Shown piece after piece: positions 23,800 to 38,939 of a DNA stretch of 64,000 nucleotides; position 1 is the first letter of the stretch; each line of letters starts with the position of its first letter. The stretch comes from Eledone cirrhosa (taxonomy: Eukaryota), in the NCBI GenBank assembly GCA_964016885.1, contig OZ024743.1:375038001-375102000 (forward strand), written 5' to 3'. The translations under genes were made by a program, and so were the position numbers. The notes beneath the pieces were generated by a model. The model saw nothing but the letters and a program-made list of their open reading frames with translations. It had not been told where the DNA came from and made no database searches.

Positions 23800-24440
23800 T
23801 AAGTAGACTATTAATTATAGGTTAACTAAATTAAAAATAGTTAATATATTGATTTCTAAGGTGTATACTACATAGGTTTATAATATTTGAAGCGGAATTT
23901 TGAAGTTAAACAGTAGTAGAGTATTAATTATAGCATAACTAAATTAAAAATATTAACATTATGGTATCAATATTAGGAAATGAATTTAGTAATAGGGAAA
24001 ACCAAATCAAGTATTTCATCGGTAGTAGAATATAAATTATAGGTTAACTAAATTAAAAATTATATATTAATTTCTATAGTATATGTTAATTAGGTTTATA
24101 ATAATTAAAGCAGATTTTGTATTTTATCTATAGTAGAATATAATTATAGGTTAACAAAAATTAAAATTAACATATATATATATATATTTAATTGTAAAGA
24201 ATATATTAATTAGGTATATATTTAAAAATTTATCTCAGTTTATGATTACATGATATTCTGCAATCTATCTGTATTAGAATTTTAATTTTAAGCTAATTAA
24301 ATTAAAATTATAGGTTAACTAAATTAAAATTAATTTATAAATAAATTTCTAAATTGTACATTAATTAGGTTTATAATATTAAAAAATATCTCTCTGTTAT
24401 TGATTACACGATATTTTGTTATATTTCATCTGTAAAGGAA
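23800..24440. repeat. Degenerate AT-rich ~110-bp tandem repeat
   Basis: AATTATAGGTTAACTAAATTAAAA-like motif at ~23812, 23925, 24036, 24142, 24305. Confidence 0.65.
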
Positions 24441-26449
24441 TATATATATATATTGCTTTCCTTTGCCTTTTATATATTTCTACCACATTGTACCGATTTT
24501 CTGAAAGTTATCAGCTATTTATTACATATCTCACAAGCTCTGTAATAACTATACTGCTCTAAAATAGAATATATATATTCAATTCTTCAGAGAAATACAC
24601 TTACTTTGCAAAAGACACAGAATGGTTTCTGGCTAAAAATAACATTCATTTGAATCATTTAGACTACATGAATGGCCAATAACAACAACAACAACAGCAG
24701 TAGCAATAGCCCACGTATTTTCATTTCGCCAATTCAAGGAATGAGTATGAATTGTTTAAATTGAGTAACAGAAAAAGCTTCTTTCCTTTTTTCAACATTT
24801 CTTCTTTCTTTGAAGATACTACAAACCGACGGGCCCTACATATGAATTATCTGGAGAAATTGTCTACCGAACAGAACTATGTAATGCGACTAAGTACATC
24901 TATACCACAGTTCCTTATCGAACAACAGGAAAATAAAATAACTCTGCCGTCATGGATTCTGTTATGGTGTGTCATTATTTGTAGTTTATTATTTTAATAC
25001 AATGCAAATAAATAAAAATAAAAGATCTACGAGTGACTCCGCTGTTTCAGGTTTCAGTTCTCTGCAGTAAAGCCATGTCAATATTTTCTATTTCAAACTT
25101 AGATTGACACAGTCATTACACATATCATAACAACCTCCTAAACATGTACAGCATACAATTGGAACCTTTATGTACAAGCCTTAACTCTCGGTGGAGTTGT
25201 TGGGATGCTACCGCTATATACGGCGTATGTTGGGCATATTATACCTGACTGATCCCATCCCTCTCCCGGTATGAACACAGTAGATTTCTTCCAAAGAAGA
25301 AGACAGAGAGAGGGGAGAGTGAGAGAGAGGGGCGTGGGAGAATTAGAAATAGTTATTGAGGAATATTCGACCCCAGTACTTGAATGGTACTTTTTAATAA
25401 GAGAGAGAGAGAGAATGTGGGTGTGTGGGTCTTAACGAAAGAAGTACTGGACTGGAACTTTATTTATTGACCTCGAAAAAATGAAAGGCAAAGTTGACTT
25501 CGGTCGGATTTAAACAATTACTGGGGCACTTTTAATCCTACGCCCTTGCGACTCTGCCAATTCACCGCCTATACATCCTATACCGCATACAAAATAACAC
25601 CACTGGACTGATAGGCTTTAACTCTCTCACACACTTCAGCCTCTGATTTACATACATGATGCCATCTCTTGCTCTCTTTCCTACCGTGACTACTGTAGCG
25701 ACTGCCTTTACTTCACTTGAGGAACATGTGGCTCAATCATCTCTCTCTGTTTCATAAACCATATTAGGTAAGCGCTAGACGCTACACCCATCACTTTGTT
25801 TTCCAAACACACCATTCCTGTTGCTGTCTTCTAGCCAATGTTCAGAAACAGTTAACTATGTCGACCTCACCATTCTCATAAGACCTGTAAACACTCGTTT
25901 CTTCAAAACAAAACAAAATAAAAAAAAGTATGCAGTGTCGACTATGCTTTCCGACGGGTGTCATATTTCCGAAATCTGCCCAGTGGCTCTTCCTGTACTT
26001 GCCTAAAAAAAAACACAACAAAGAAAATTAAATAAGTATTATTAGCCTTTGATTAATATTCTTATTATCATTATTGTTCCTGCTCAATGCACAGCTATTT
26101 TTAGTTTGTCTTTCAAGGTTATGTACATTCAAACAACTAACATAAACTTAACTCATGTGTAACAAATAATACCGTGTGATCTTGTATAAAGGAAGTAAAT
26201 TATATTATTCATGAGAAATTTATACTGTAGTTTGTGTATTATACTAATAAATATTCGAATAATCAGACAATATTTCTCAAGTAATATCTATTAATCTTCA
26301 GAAATGTATAATAATCATTCATAGAAAGTATCACATAAATAAATATTAAAGCTATTAACAGCTACTTATTTTCATATTTTTAGTCGTTATGAATTAAATA
26401 TTTATGTATTTTCTATGCAGGGCTATTTTACATTATTTTTTATACTGCC

Positions 26450-27050
26450 TTGAGGTTAAATCCCGCCGAGGTTAGCTTTGTCTTTCATCCTTACGAGGTC
26501 GATAAAATAAAGTACCAGTCACGCACTGGAGTAGATTTAATTGACTTTCCCCTCCTCGCAAAATGTTTGGCCTTGTGCCTGAATCAGAAACCATTGTTAT
26601 GTTCGATAATAGGGTGGTGGATTGGCAGTATCGGCAGAGCGTCGGACAGTATTCTTTGCGGTATATAGTTACGTACCTCTATGTTCTGAGTTCAAATCCC
26701 GCCGAGGTTAGCTTTGCTTTTCATCCTTACGAGGTCGATAAAATAAAGTACCAGTCATGCATTTGGGTAGTTTTAATCGACTTTCCCCTCCCTAAATATT
26801 GCAAGCCTTGTGCCTAAATCAGAAACCAGTGTGCAGTGTCCGACGCTCTACCGATACTGCCAATCCACAGCCTTTTAATGGCTTCTGATTTAGATACAAG
26901 GCCAGCAATTGGGGGACGGGGAAAGTCGATTTAAATTGCCCCCAGTACTTGGCGGGTATTATATTCTATGACCTAGTTAGATTTAAAACCAAAACGTAGA
27001 GCTATAACGAAATACTGGAACGCGTTTCCTCCAACGCCATACTGACTCTG
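26450..27050. mobile_element. Cluster of SINE copies (two plus, two minus fragments)
   Basis: Repeated B box and CTTTCATCCTTACGAGGTCGATAAAATAAAGTACCAG core. Confidence 0.75.
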
Positions 27051-27501
27051 TTAATGAACAAGCCAAAATAACAAGGCTTCAAAGAACAGTATTCTATATT
27101 GCGGTTTGATTTCAACGGCTTGGAATAACACAACAAATAGCAATAATTAATAATAAAATGTTCAACGAGGCATAGAACATTAAGCTAGGTGGGGGCGGTG
27201 AAATATCAGAGAGTTACAACTTGTTTATAAGCCAACCAACAACCTACGACCCACAACATGGATTCATAACCTCTGTAATTTATAATTGCTAGATTATCAA
27301 CAATTTTTAGACAATGTTTCTTATGTTTGTTATTTTTATTATCTATATTATATTTCAGTGCGGCGCCACAGTTACTTGGGCCTACGTCAGTTCAAGTGAT
27401 CGATGAAATACTGTGTTGGTAACAAAATATCTGAGTTCAAAGCATGGCTCAAGACCAAGCAGTACGAACATGCACACACAGACATACACACATGCAGATG
27501 T

Positions 27502-27647
<146 letters not shown>

Positions 27648-27878
27648 ATATACGTATGTAGTTAACGGAGGGGAGTAAAGAGTACTCATTACTGAAATAG
27701 AGTTTTAAATGTTTCACTATTTAGCCATAATAAATGAATATATATATATATATATGAGTTTAGCGGACGCTTATTATAACGCCGCTTTGTTCGTTTGTCA
27801 AGAAACTGAACAGCCTGAATTTATGCCATACGGTGTTAAGGCAACCACGTCACCTTTTTGTTCAACACTGACACAGGA

Positions 27879-27921
27879 ACGATGTACTAGTTTCAAGCTT
27901 GTTAGCTATCATCAGCACCGT
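27879..27921 (-). ncRNA. Minimal hammerhead, family Y
   Basis: ACGGTG-CTGATGA-TAGCTAACAAGCTT-GAAA-CTA-GTA-CATCGT. Confidence 0.7.
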
Positions 27922-28178
27922 TTACCCATCTGCCAGATAGTTGAACGTTCGAAAGTATATACTTTCCTTATGAAAATTAACGGCTGAGCAGCCTAATTTG
28001 CATATTGAGTGAGTTAAATCGGTCAGGCATACCGAAAACGATAAGTTGAAAAAAATGAAAACGAAATTTCATTTCTCACTCTTAGTATGGCACTTACTTA
28101 AATGTAAGTATGTATGTATACGTACATACATATATGTATACAGACGTACAGTAGCATGAATATATATATATATATATA

Positions 28179-28380
28179 TAACGAAGGAAATGTGGTAAGG
28201 AACCAGGTGGACCATAACGCACCAAAGTACTCAATACTTGAGGTAGTAGAGTGGGTAATAGGAACCAGTAAGACCCCGACAGCTGAGCTCAAGCCGTTTC
28301 GACGGCTAATTCTGGACTGAGTCCAGAATTAGCCGTCGAAACGGCTTGAGCTCAGCTGTCGGGGTCTTACTGGTTCCTAT
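28179..28380. mobile_element. Family X copy with ~60-bp fold-back end
   Basis: Palindrome centred at ~28318 (ggac-t-gagtcc); flanked by (TA)n. Confidence 0.75.
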
Positions 28381-28591
28381 ATATATATATACATATATAC
28401 ATACAGGTACACATACATATATGCACGCATCAGTTTAGCGGACGCTTATTATAACGCCGCTTTGTTCGTTTGTCAACAAACTGAACAGCCTATATATATA
28501 TATATACATGTATGTTTGTGTGTGTGTGTATGTGGACCCCACAACATACCGTAGACATCTCTGTGTATATATATATACATATATATATGTA

Positions 28592-28644
<53 letters not shown>

Positions 28645-28674
28645 AAATGTGTGTAATCCTTGGTACAGTTAGGT

Positions 28675-29469
28675 ATATTAAGACAGGGGGGAAGAAAAAA
28701 TGGCTTCACTTGTGCTTTCAACAAATTTATTTTCTTCACAAAATCCAAAAAGAATTTTTCTTAAAAAAAATTATTTTATAAATTAAGTTGTTGGTTGTTG
28801 GTTAGGTCTTAGGAGTTCTTGGTTAACGTAGGAGGTATTGTTTCGTTTTTAGAAAGACCTTTCACGCTGAGGTGCGCTTGTCAAACTGATGTGTATGTGG
28901 TGTGTTGTTCTATATATAGGGATTTAACATGTCTGTGGTGTGGTGGGGATTTCTTTTCTCCCCCTTTAATAAGTGCATGGGTGTAGGTGTGTTGAAAAAG
29001 TGTTCATAGCAGTAATGAGTTGAGACGGTGAGTAGGGCTGGGTGGGGAGAAATGTAGCAAGTGCGGCCTGCCCCGGTCATTCTCGAAAAATTCCTTTATT
29101 CAGGGGAAAAAGCTTTTAGCATTGCTTTTGTGTTGAGAATGGTCACAGGCAAATCGCACCTGTCAAGTTTGTGAATAATTCTTTTTTTTCTTTTTTTCCT
29201 GAAGAATTTTTCTACGTCCATCCCAAAGTTAGTCCTTTGTTCAACACACACATATGTGTGCATATACGTACATACACACACGGGCATATGTAGGAATATA
29301 TAGGCACACACCATCAATCACACACCCATGTACAAATACACACACAAAAACATATAGAGACACATATAAAAACACACATACACACATGTACACACACGAA
29401 TATGTACTCATACCTCCACATGGGTATATATATATACATACACATATATATACACATATACATACATAC

Positions 29470-29500
<31 letters not shown>

Positions 29501-29521
29501 CATATACACATACACACACAT

Positions 29522-29611
<90 letters not shown>

Positions 29612-29627
29612 ATATACACACACACAC

Positions 29628-29660
<33 letters not shown>

Positions 29661-30775
29661 AATGTATATATATACATATATACATACACATACATACATA
29701 CATATACATACATATACACACATATACACACATAAAGATACATAACTAAATATACATATATACACATACACGCACACATACACACACACACACACGCACG
29801 TGTATACACACACACACACACACACACATATACATATGTCCGTATATATACCCCTTCGTTCACACATACATGCATACATACACACACATACACACATACA
29901 TCTATATATATATACACATATAAAGAGAGAGGCATACACACACACACACATACATATACATATATATATACATATATATATATATATATGTATGTATGTA
30001 TATGTGTATATATATGTGTATGTATATATATATACCCATGTGGAGGTATGAGTACATATTCGTGTGTGTACGTGTGTGTATGTGTGTTTTTATATGTGTC
30101 TCTATATGTTTTTGTGTGTCTATTTGTACATGGGTGTGTGATTGATGGTGTGTGCCTATATATTCCTACATATGCCCGTGTGTGTATGTACGTATATGCA
30201 CACATATGTGTGTGTTGAACAAAGGACTAACTTTGGGATGGACGTAGAAAAATTCTTCAGGAAAAAAAGAAAAAAATAATTATTCACAAACTTGCAGGTG
30301 CGATTTGCCTGTGACCATTCTCAACACAAAAGCAATGCTAAAAGCTTTTTCCCCTGAATAAAGGAATTTTTCGAGAATGACCGGGGCAGGCCGCACTTGC
30401 TACATTTCTCCCCACCCAGCCCTACTCACCGTCTCAACTCATTACTGCTATGAACACTTTTTCAACACACCTACACCCATGCACTTATTAAAGTGGGAGA
30501 AAAAAAAACCCCACCACACCACAGACATGTTAAATCCCTATATATAGAACAACACACCACATACACATCAGTTTGACAAGCGCACCTCAGCATGAAAGGT
30601 CTTTCTAAAAACGAAACAATACCTCCTACGTTAACCAAGAACTCCTAAGACCTAACCAACAACCAACAACTTAATTTATAAAATAATTTTTTTTAAGAAA
30701 AATTCTTTTTGGATTTTGTGAAGAAAATAAATTTGTTGAAAGCACAAGTGAAGCCATTTTTTCTTCCCCCCTGTC

Positions 30776-30781
<6 letters not shown>
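28675..30781. repeat. Inverted duplication, ~800-bp arms (28675-29470 / 29985-30781)
   Basis: tattaagacaggggggaag... versus ...cttccccctgtcttaata; near-identical arms. Confidence 0.88.
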
Positions 30782-30814
<33 letters not shown>

Positions 30815-30855
30815 AAATGAAAATCCGAAGGCAAGGTAAAATTCCAATCATTTAA

Positions 30856-30929
30856 TCACGACACATGTTTCAATAAGTGATAGATCGATTGTGAAGCCAT
30901 GATCGATTATCACTGATCTCATCAGGTGA
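30856..30929 (-). ncRNA. Type I hammerhead, extended stem II
   Basis: TCAC-CTGATGA-GAT(C)AGTGATA..TATCACT(T)ATT-GAAA-CATGT-GTC-GTGA. Confidence 0.78.
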
Positions 30930-31029
30930 AATTGAATTGTCTTCAAATTCTTGATATGAGAGAGAAAAAACAACGATGTTCTCTCACAGAATTCATTCCC
31001 TCATATGGAGTCACACCAGTCAGAAACAC

Positions 31030-31604
31030 GGCAGCCTGATTTGCATATCGAGTGAGTTAATCGGCCGGGCGCACCGAAAGCAATAAAAGGAAAAAATGAA
31101 ACAAAATTTCATTTCTCCCTCTTAGTACGGCTGTTACTTAAATATAAGTATGTATACGTACATACATATATGTATACAGACGTACAGTAGTATGTATATA
31201 TATATATACATGCACACATATATATATGTACGTATGGATTTACCGAGCATTTATTATAATGCTCGTTTTGTTTGTAAACAAACATCCCGTATTAAGCCGT
31301 TAATATGCATAAAGAAAGTATATACTTTCAGACGTTCAATCCTCTGGCAGAAGGTATACGGTGCTGACGATAGCTAATAAGCTTGAAACTAGTACATCGT
31401 TCCTTTGTCAGTGTTGAAAAAAGGGCAACGTTGGTTGCTAAACACTGTACGGCTTAATTCGGGATGTTTGTTTACAAACAAACCGAGCATTATAATAAAT
31501 GCTCGGTAAATCCATACGTACATATATATATATGTGTGCATGTATGTATATATATATACATACTACGGTACGTCTGTATACATATATGTATGTACGTGTA
31601 CATA

Positions 31605-31610
<6 letters not shown>
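31030..31610. mobile_element. Non-coding HHR-bearing family Y, rearranged; more fragments at 27755-28160, 33870-34260, 34580-34900
   Basis: Shared blocks (ggaaaaaatgaaac.aaatttc; ggatttaccgagcatttattataatgctcg) in both orientations. Confidence 0.7.
31358..31400 (+). ncRNA. Minimal hammerhead, family Y
   Basis: ACGGTG-CTGACGA-TAGCTAATAAGCTT-GAAA-CTA-GTA-CATCGT; palindromic ACTAGT. Confidence 0.72.
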
Positions 31611-31653
<43 letters not shown>

Positions 31654-32146
31654 GTGTGTGTATATATATATATGTATATATATATATATGTATATATATA
31701 TATGTATATATATATATATGTGTATATATATATATATAAATATGTGTATGTGTATATATATATATATATTTTTATACACACACACACATATATATATATT
31801 TGTGTATGTGTGTTTATGTATTTTGTATATGTGTATATATGTGAATATCTGTAGATATATCTATACATACATATATACGCATATATACACATATACACAC
31901 ACACATATATATATATATATACATATATATACACATACACATAGATATATATATATACATACATACACGCACATATATATATACATATATATATATATAC
32001 ATATACATACACATACACACACATACATATGTATATATATACATATACATATAGACACATATACATATATATACACATATATATATATACATACATACAC
32101 ATATACATATACATATATATATATATACACATACACACACATACAC

Positions 32147-32195
<49 letters not shown>

Positions 32196-32391
32196 ATACA
32201 TACATACACTCACACACACATACAAATATACATACACATACATACACAGATACATACATGTGTACATATATAGATATATATATACACATACACACGTATA
32301 TATATACATGTACATACATACACAAATATATACACATATACACATATACATATATATATTCATATATATATATATATATATAAATACACAT

Positions 32392-32479
<88 letters not shown>

Positions 32480-32607
32480 AAAGTTATATTTAAATTGTTG
32501 GGTTACAACTAGTAAATATTTATAACTGATATAAAAGCACTCGACAAATATTTGGAGTATATTTACAATATTAAATAAATGGAAACTATATTTATAAAAC
32601 CATATTT

Positions 32608-32671
32608 ATTTCATTATATATATTTCAGGGATATCACATTAACAATACGCCACGCCTTCCTCAGACAAAAT
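32608..32671 (-). ncRNA. Type I hammerhead; decayed inverted copy at ~32750-32830
   Basis: ATTTTGT-CTGAGGA-AGG(C)...(C)CCT-GAAA-TATAT-ATA-ATGAAAT. Confidence 0.68.
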
Positions 32672-32866
32672 ACAATATAAACAGTTTTATAGATAAATAG
32701 ATTCGACACACCGTAACAACATCTACTTGCATTTGAGAAGGTATATTGTATTTTGTCCGAGGAAGGCACAGCACATTGTTAATATGATATCCCAACACAT
32801 ATATATATGCCGTCTTATATAATGAAATAAATATGGTTTTATAAATATAGTTTCCATTTATTTAAT

Positions 32867-32993
<127 letters not shown>

Positions 32994-33074
32994 TCGATCG
33001 ACTTTTCGTCAAATCGGACCGAGGAAACAATGTTTCCGTTGGTCTTTCCAGTTGCTAGTACTATCTATCGGTCG

Positions 33075-33210
33075 CAACTCCAGGTAGAAGGAGCAATGTG
33101 AAATAAAGTGTCTTGCTCAAGGACATAACGCATCGCCCGGTCCAGGAATCGAACTCACAAACTCAACATTGTGAATCCAATTCTCTAACCACTCAGCTAC
33201 ACGCCTTCAC
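33075..33210 (-). mobile_element. Second tRNA-derived SINE type with CORE-like body
   Basis: Minus strand A box TAGCTGAGTGG, B box GTTCGATTCC, then GTCCTTGAGCAAGACACTTT. Confidence 0.7.
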
Positions 33211-33230
33211 TAATATATATATATATATAT

Positions 33231-33367
33231 ATAACGAAGGAAATGTGGTAAGGAACCAGGTGGACCATAACGCACCAAAGTACTCAATACTTAGGGTAGT
33301 AGAATGGGTAATAGGAACGAGTAGGACCCCGACGGCTGAGCTCAAGCCGTTTCGACGGCTAATTCTC
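33231..33367 (+). mobile_element. Family X copy in (TA)n
   Basis: Near-identical to 28179-28310. Confidence 0.75.
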
Positions 33368-33714
33368 TATATATATATATGAATATATATATGTATGTAT
33401 ATGTGTATATTGTGTATGTATGTATATGTATATATATATATGTGTGTATGTGTATATATATATGTGTATATATATATATATATATATGTACACATGTATG
33501 TATCTGTGTATGTATGTGTACGTATATTTGTATGTGTGTGTATATGTGTATGTGTGTATGTATGTGTGTGTGTATGTATGTATTATATATATATATGTGT
33601 GAGTGTGTGTGTATATGTGTGTATATATGTGTATGTGTGTGTATGTGTATATATATATATATGTATATATATGTGTATGTGTGTATGTGTATATATATAT
33701 ATATGTGTGTATGT

Positions 33715-33748
<34 letters not shown>

Positions 33749-33791
33749 ATGTGTATATATATATATATATGTATATATATGTGTATGTGTG

Positions 33792-33831
<40 letters not shown>

Positions 33832-34259
33832 CGTATGTGTGTATATGTATATGTATATATGTGTATATATATAAATGGAAAACAGAAACGAATATGGATT
33901 TACCGAGTATGTATATGTATATATGTGTATATATATAAATGGAAAGAATGAAACGAATATATATGTACGTATGGATTTACCGAGCATTTATTATAATGCT
34001 CGGTTTGTTAGTAAACAAATATCCCGAATTAAGCCGTACAGTGTTTAGCAACCATCGTTGCCCTTTTGTTCAACAAACGTCTGATATACTTTCCTCATGC
34101 ATATTAACGGCTTAATTCGGGATGTTTGTTTACAAAAAAACCGAGCATTATAATAAATGCTCGGAAAATCCATACGTACATATATATATATATATATGTG
34201 TGCATGTATGTATATATATATACATACTACTGTACGTCTGTATACATATATGTATGTAC

Positions 34260-34381
<122 letters not shown>

Positions 34382-34737
34382 ATATATATATTTTTTTTTT
34401 TTATACATATATATATATATATATATATAAGTGTATGAATATATATATATATTTGTGTATGTGTATTTATGTATTTTGTATATGTGTATATATGTGTATA
34501 TCTGTAGATGTGTTTGTATATGTTTGTATATGTGTATATTTATTTATATATATATATATATGTGTGTGTGTGTATATATAAACGGAAAAAATGAAACGAA
34601 ATTTCATTTCCCACTCTTAGTACGGCTGTTACTTAAATATAAGTATGTACACGTACATACATATATGTATACAGACGAACAGTAGTATGTATATATATAT
34701 ATACATACATGCACACATGTTCAACACTGACAAAGGA

Positions 34738-34780
34738 ACGCTGTACTAGTTTCAAGCTTATTAGCTATCGTCAGCAACGT
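34738..34780 (-). ncRNA. Minimal hammerhead, family Y (stem I mutated)
   Basis: CTGACGA-TAGCTAATAAGCTT-GAAA-CTAGTA. Confidence 0.6.
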
Positions 34781-35093
34781 ATACCATCCTGCCAGATTGT
34801 TGAACGTATATACTTACCTTATGCATATTAACGGCTGAGTAACCCAATTTGCATATCGAGTGGGTTAATCGGCCGGGTGCACCGAAAACGATAAACAGAA
34901 AATAGCTGAAGAGAAACATGACAATAATAATATGACAAGCACCCAATATTTTGAACTGGTTTATAGAATTCTCTTGGCCTTTGTCACTCTAAGTAGAGCT
35001 TTAAAGAATTAGCTTTTAAAGAATTTCCCTTTTCTTTACATCCTTCAAACATGACCGACCCCCAAACATCTTATAGACACCTGAAATATAGAC

Positions 35094-35311
35094 ATTATTA
35101 GCTTAAGAGGGGGGGGGGATTGGCAGTATCGGTAGAGGGTCGGACGTCCTGCTTTCCAGCATAGTTACGTCCCTTTACGATCTGAGTTCAAATCCTGCCG
35201 ATGTTGACTTTGCCTTTCATCCTTACGGGGTCGATAAAATAAAGTACCAGTAATGCACTGGTTTAATTGCTGGCCTTGTGCCTAAAGTAGAAACAATTAT
35301 TAGCTTAAGAG
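35094..35311 (+). mobile_element. Full-length SINE with 16-bp TSD
   Basis: ATTATTAGCTTAAGAG at 35094-35109 and 35296-35311; A and B boxes. Confidence 0.85.
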
Positions 35312-36193
35312 AAACTTAAAAATAAGGAGTGCCGCCCCAATTTGAACTTGTTTATAGAATTCTTTCTGCCTTTGTCACTAAATATAAATTATAGCCTTAA
35401 AGAATTAGATTTTAATGAATTCCCTTTTCTTTCAACCAATGACCTCCACCCATCCCACTCCCCACCCTCTCCTACCACTTGAAAAGATATAAATACCACA
35501 ACATTTATTTTGGAAAGCCAGATTCCTGATGATTTCTAAAGAATGAAACAGTTCTAGTCCTGTAGAATCTCATCTATATTAAAACTTTTTACTCCGCTAT
35601 GTATATTGAGTACCTTACTTACTGTGGTTACCTCCGATTCAACCCGGAATAACTTACCTATATATATATATATATAGTTGTACATATACATATAGTATGT
35701 ATGCGAGTGTAGAAATAAAACAGTATAAAAATTGTGTAACCATCAAAATAAGGAGAAGATAAAAATGAAAGTGATTAATTATCCAACAAAACATCTACTG
35801 CATAAATGTTCTGGTGTTTTAGGAATTAATCTAGAATCTAGATTCTTTAGTGTTAGCTCTTTTACACACATTTTCTTAATTATCTCAGCGAACTTTCTCA
35901 TGAAGATCCGCTGGGAAGAAAGTTTTCATTTTGTTGCCAAGAACTCAAGAAATGCAAATATTTTGTATAGCAATATAAGTGATAATTAAGTTTCTTACTT
36001 TGTTCTGCATTGTTTGTTCTAGTAATATATTAACTATTTATTCATGTGCTCTTGTTGGTATTAAACCCCCCATTTTACTCAATGAAACATTTCCCACTAT
36101 GTCTTGTTTGTAGTTTCCTTATTTGTTTAGTTTTTGTACTGTCCCCAGTGGCGTGGGCCTTTGTAGCCAATAAATAAAATTATCATTATTATT

Positions 36194-36800
36194 CGGTGGA
36201 TTAGCAGTATCGCTAGAACGTCGGACACCATGCTTTGTAGCATAGAGTTTATGGCACTTTACATTCTGAGTTCAAATCCCACCGAGGTTAGCTTTACCTT
36301 TCATCCATACGGAGTCGATAAAATATCGTACTAGTAATGCACTGGGGTCAATTTAATCGAATTTTCGCTCCCCCAAATTGTTGGCCTTGTCATTAAATCA
36401 GAAACCATTAATTGAGGGCGGTGGGTTGGCAGAATTCTTAACGCGTTGGACAAAATGCTTCATGGTATTTGATCCTGCTCTTTACGTTCTGATTTCTAAT
36501 ACCATCGAGATCGACTTTGCCTTTCATTCTTCCCGGGTCGATAAGTCCCAGTTAAGTCCATATAAACGACTTCCCCCTTCCCAAAATGTGCTTGTCTTGT
36601 GCCAATGATTAAAATAAAATTATTATTTGCAACATTTATTAACAGGCCTTTACGTTCTGTTCTCAAATCCAACCGTAGACAACTTTGCCTTTCATTATTC
36701 CTGGATTAAATTAAAAAAAAAAAAGTACCAGTCATGTACTGGGAGTCCGTATAATCAACGTTCTCCTTCTTCCATAACTACAGGCTTTGAGCCTATAGTA
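36194..36800 (+). mobile_element. Three tandem SINE copies, increasingly diverged
   Basis: Repeated A/B box and core motifs. Confidence 0.7.
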
Positions 36801-37015
36801 GAAAGCATAGCTATTGTTACGAACGTTAAGTGAAGTAAAGTGGAGTAAGGCGAAGTTATTGCATAAACTAGAACATGATAAAGAAAGTTATTAACAGTGC
36901 AGATTATTTTAGCATAAAGGACAAAGAGCGGCATTATTCACTATGAAATCCCTTCACTCAGCAACACTAACATCGCTATCAACATTAGGACCATGAACTT
37001 CGATAATGCAACAAC

Positions 37016-37016
37016 T

Positions 37017-37090
<74 letters not shown>

Positions 37091-37215
37091 GGTGGTGGTG
37101 GTGGTGGTGGTGGTGGTGGTGGTGGTGGTAGTAGTAGTAGTAGTGGTGGTGGTGGTGGTGGTGGTGGTGGTATTAGTAGTAGTAGTAGTAGCAGCAGCAG
37201 CAGCAGCAGCAGCAA
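37016..37215. repeat. (GTA)n(GTG)n(GCA)n compound microsatellite
   Basis: Directly visible. Confidence 0.9.
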
Positions 37216-37372
37216 CGGCAGCAGAATGACGTCAAAGAAAGGCAGGAATAAAGGTAAGTTGTTGTTTCTATCGTGGAGTTTGGGTGGGAGTTTAATCGCA
37301 GGCCGATTAAAACATGCATACACAGTTCTCAAAGAGCTGTGCAAGAATATATATATATATATACATATATAT

Positions 37373-37426
<54 letters not shown>

Positions 37427-37502
37427 GATTTCTGCAGGAATAGAACATAGAACTGTTTCACTTGCATGAAATCATCATATATATGTATGAATATGTATGT
37501 GA

Positions 37503-37570
<68 letters not shown>

Positions 37571-37620
37571 TATATTACAGTACAAATATTAATAAAATAG
37601 ATGTTCTTTTGATCATTTAA

Positions 37621-37673
37621 ATTTTATTATACATATTTCAGAGGTACAACAGTACGTCCTCATCAGACAAAAT
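37621..37673 (-). ncRNA. Type I hammerhead
   Basis: Reverse complement of 40175-40227. Confidence 0.75.
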
Positions 37674-38368
37674 ATAATGATACATGACATACCCTGAGAT
37701 GTTAAATGGTTCAGATTTAATCAAGGTAGTGATTAACCTAAGAGAAAACTTAACATTTATACCCTAATAATGAGAAAATGCGAAAACGTAATAAATTCAA
37801 TAGAGGATGTATGAGTAAGAAAAACGTTGCTTAATGTAACAGTTATAGAGTTTTTAAAATGTGGGATACTACAATTTGAGATTATCTAGGAATACGTCTC
37901 TTGAATTATAACAGTTTATGAATGGGGCTGATAGAAGATTTAAGGAGCGGGAGAGATAAAGGGGAGTATTATATGCAGGAAAAAGTTTTTTTCCTTAAAG
38001 GCTAAACGGTTAAGTTTCAAAATTTTTAATTTATGTTATTTTAAGGGTGAAGAATCAAAATGTTAAGTTTTTTAAAAGTTGATGGTTATTTATATTTATT
38101 AATTTTATAAATTCTATAAATGCGTTAACATTTTTAAAATTCTGAATTTTATGAAGACAAAATATAAATTTAAAGGAATTACACGGCCAGCGAAAGTAAA
38201 ATTTATACCGTTGAATATTTTCCTAAAAGTAATCATTAACGAAAATTACTTATAAGAATATCAACATTTTCAGTATGCAAAGCTTATGAAGTACTTATTG
38301 TTAGAAATACCTAAAAATTTATTGTCAAGTAGTTAGTGTAATGATTAACGCAGAGTTTTCAGCCACCC

Positions 38369-38424
<56 letters not shown>

Positions 38425-38426
<2 letters not shown>

Positions 38427-38561
38427 ACGAAGGAAATGTGGTAAGGAACCAGGTGGACCATAACGCACCAAAGTACTCAATACTTGAGGTAGTAGAGTGG
38501 GTAATAGGAACCAGTAAGACCCCGACGGCTTGAGCTCAGCTGTCGGGGTCTTACTGGTTCC

Positions 38562-38563
<2 letters not shown>
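38425..38563 (+). mobile_element. Family X copy with short fold-back end
   Basis: taggaaccagtaagaccccgac ... gtcggggtcttactggttccta. Confidence 0.75.
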
Positions 38564-38625
<62 letters not shown>

Positions 38626-38939
38626 AGGGATTGTGGTAATAAATTAATATTTATTGTATTATATTAATTCTCTATATAAGTTCTACATTCATGACATGAG
38701 AGGATTTATATATATATATATGTATTTAACTTTAGCATGTTAGAATCTATTATATACGATTATAATCGTTATCATTTAACAAATGTATACTGTATCACTA
38801 ATACGTATTATATCTCTATATACCTAATATTTAGATAATTTATAAATTTTTAGATTATTTATTTTGAACTGTGAATAATTCTTGCCTTTACACCCTTTTA
38901 TATATATCTATGTACTTATCTTTAGCATGTTTGATTCTA

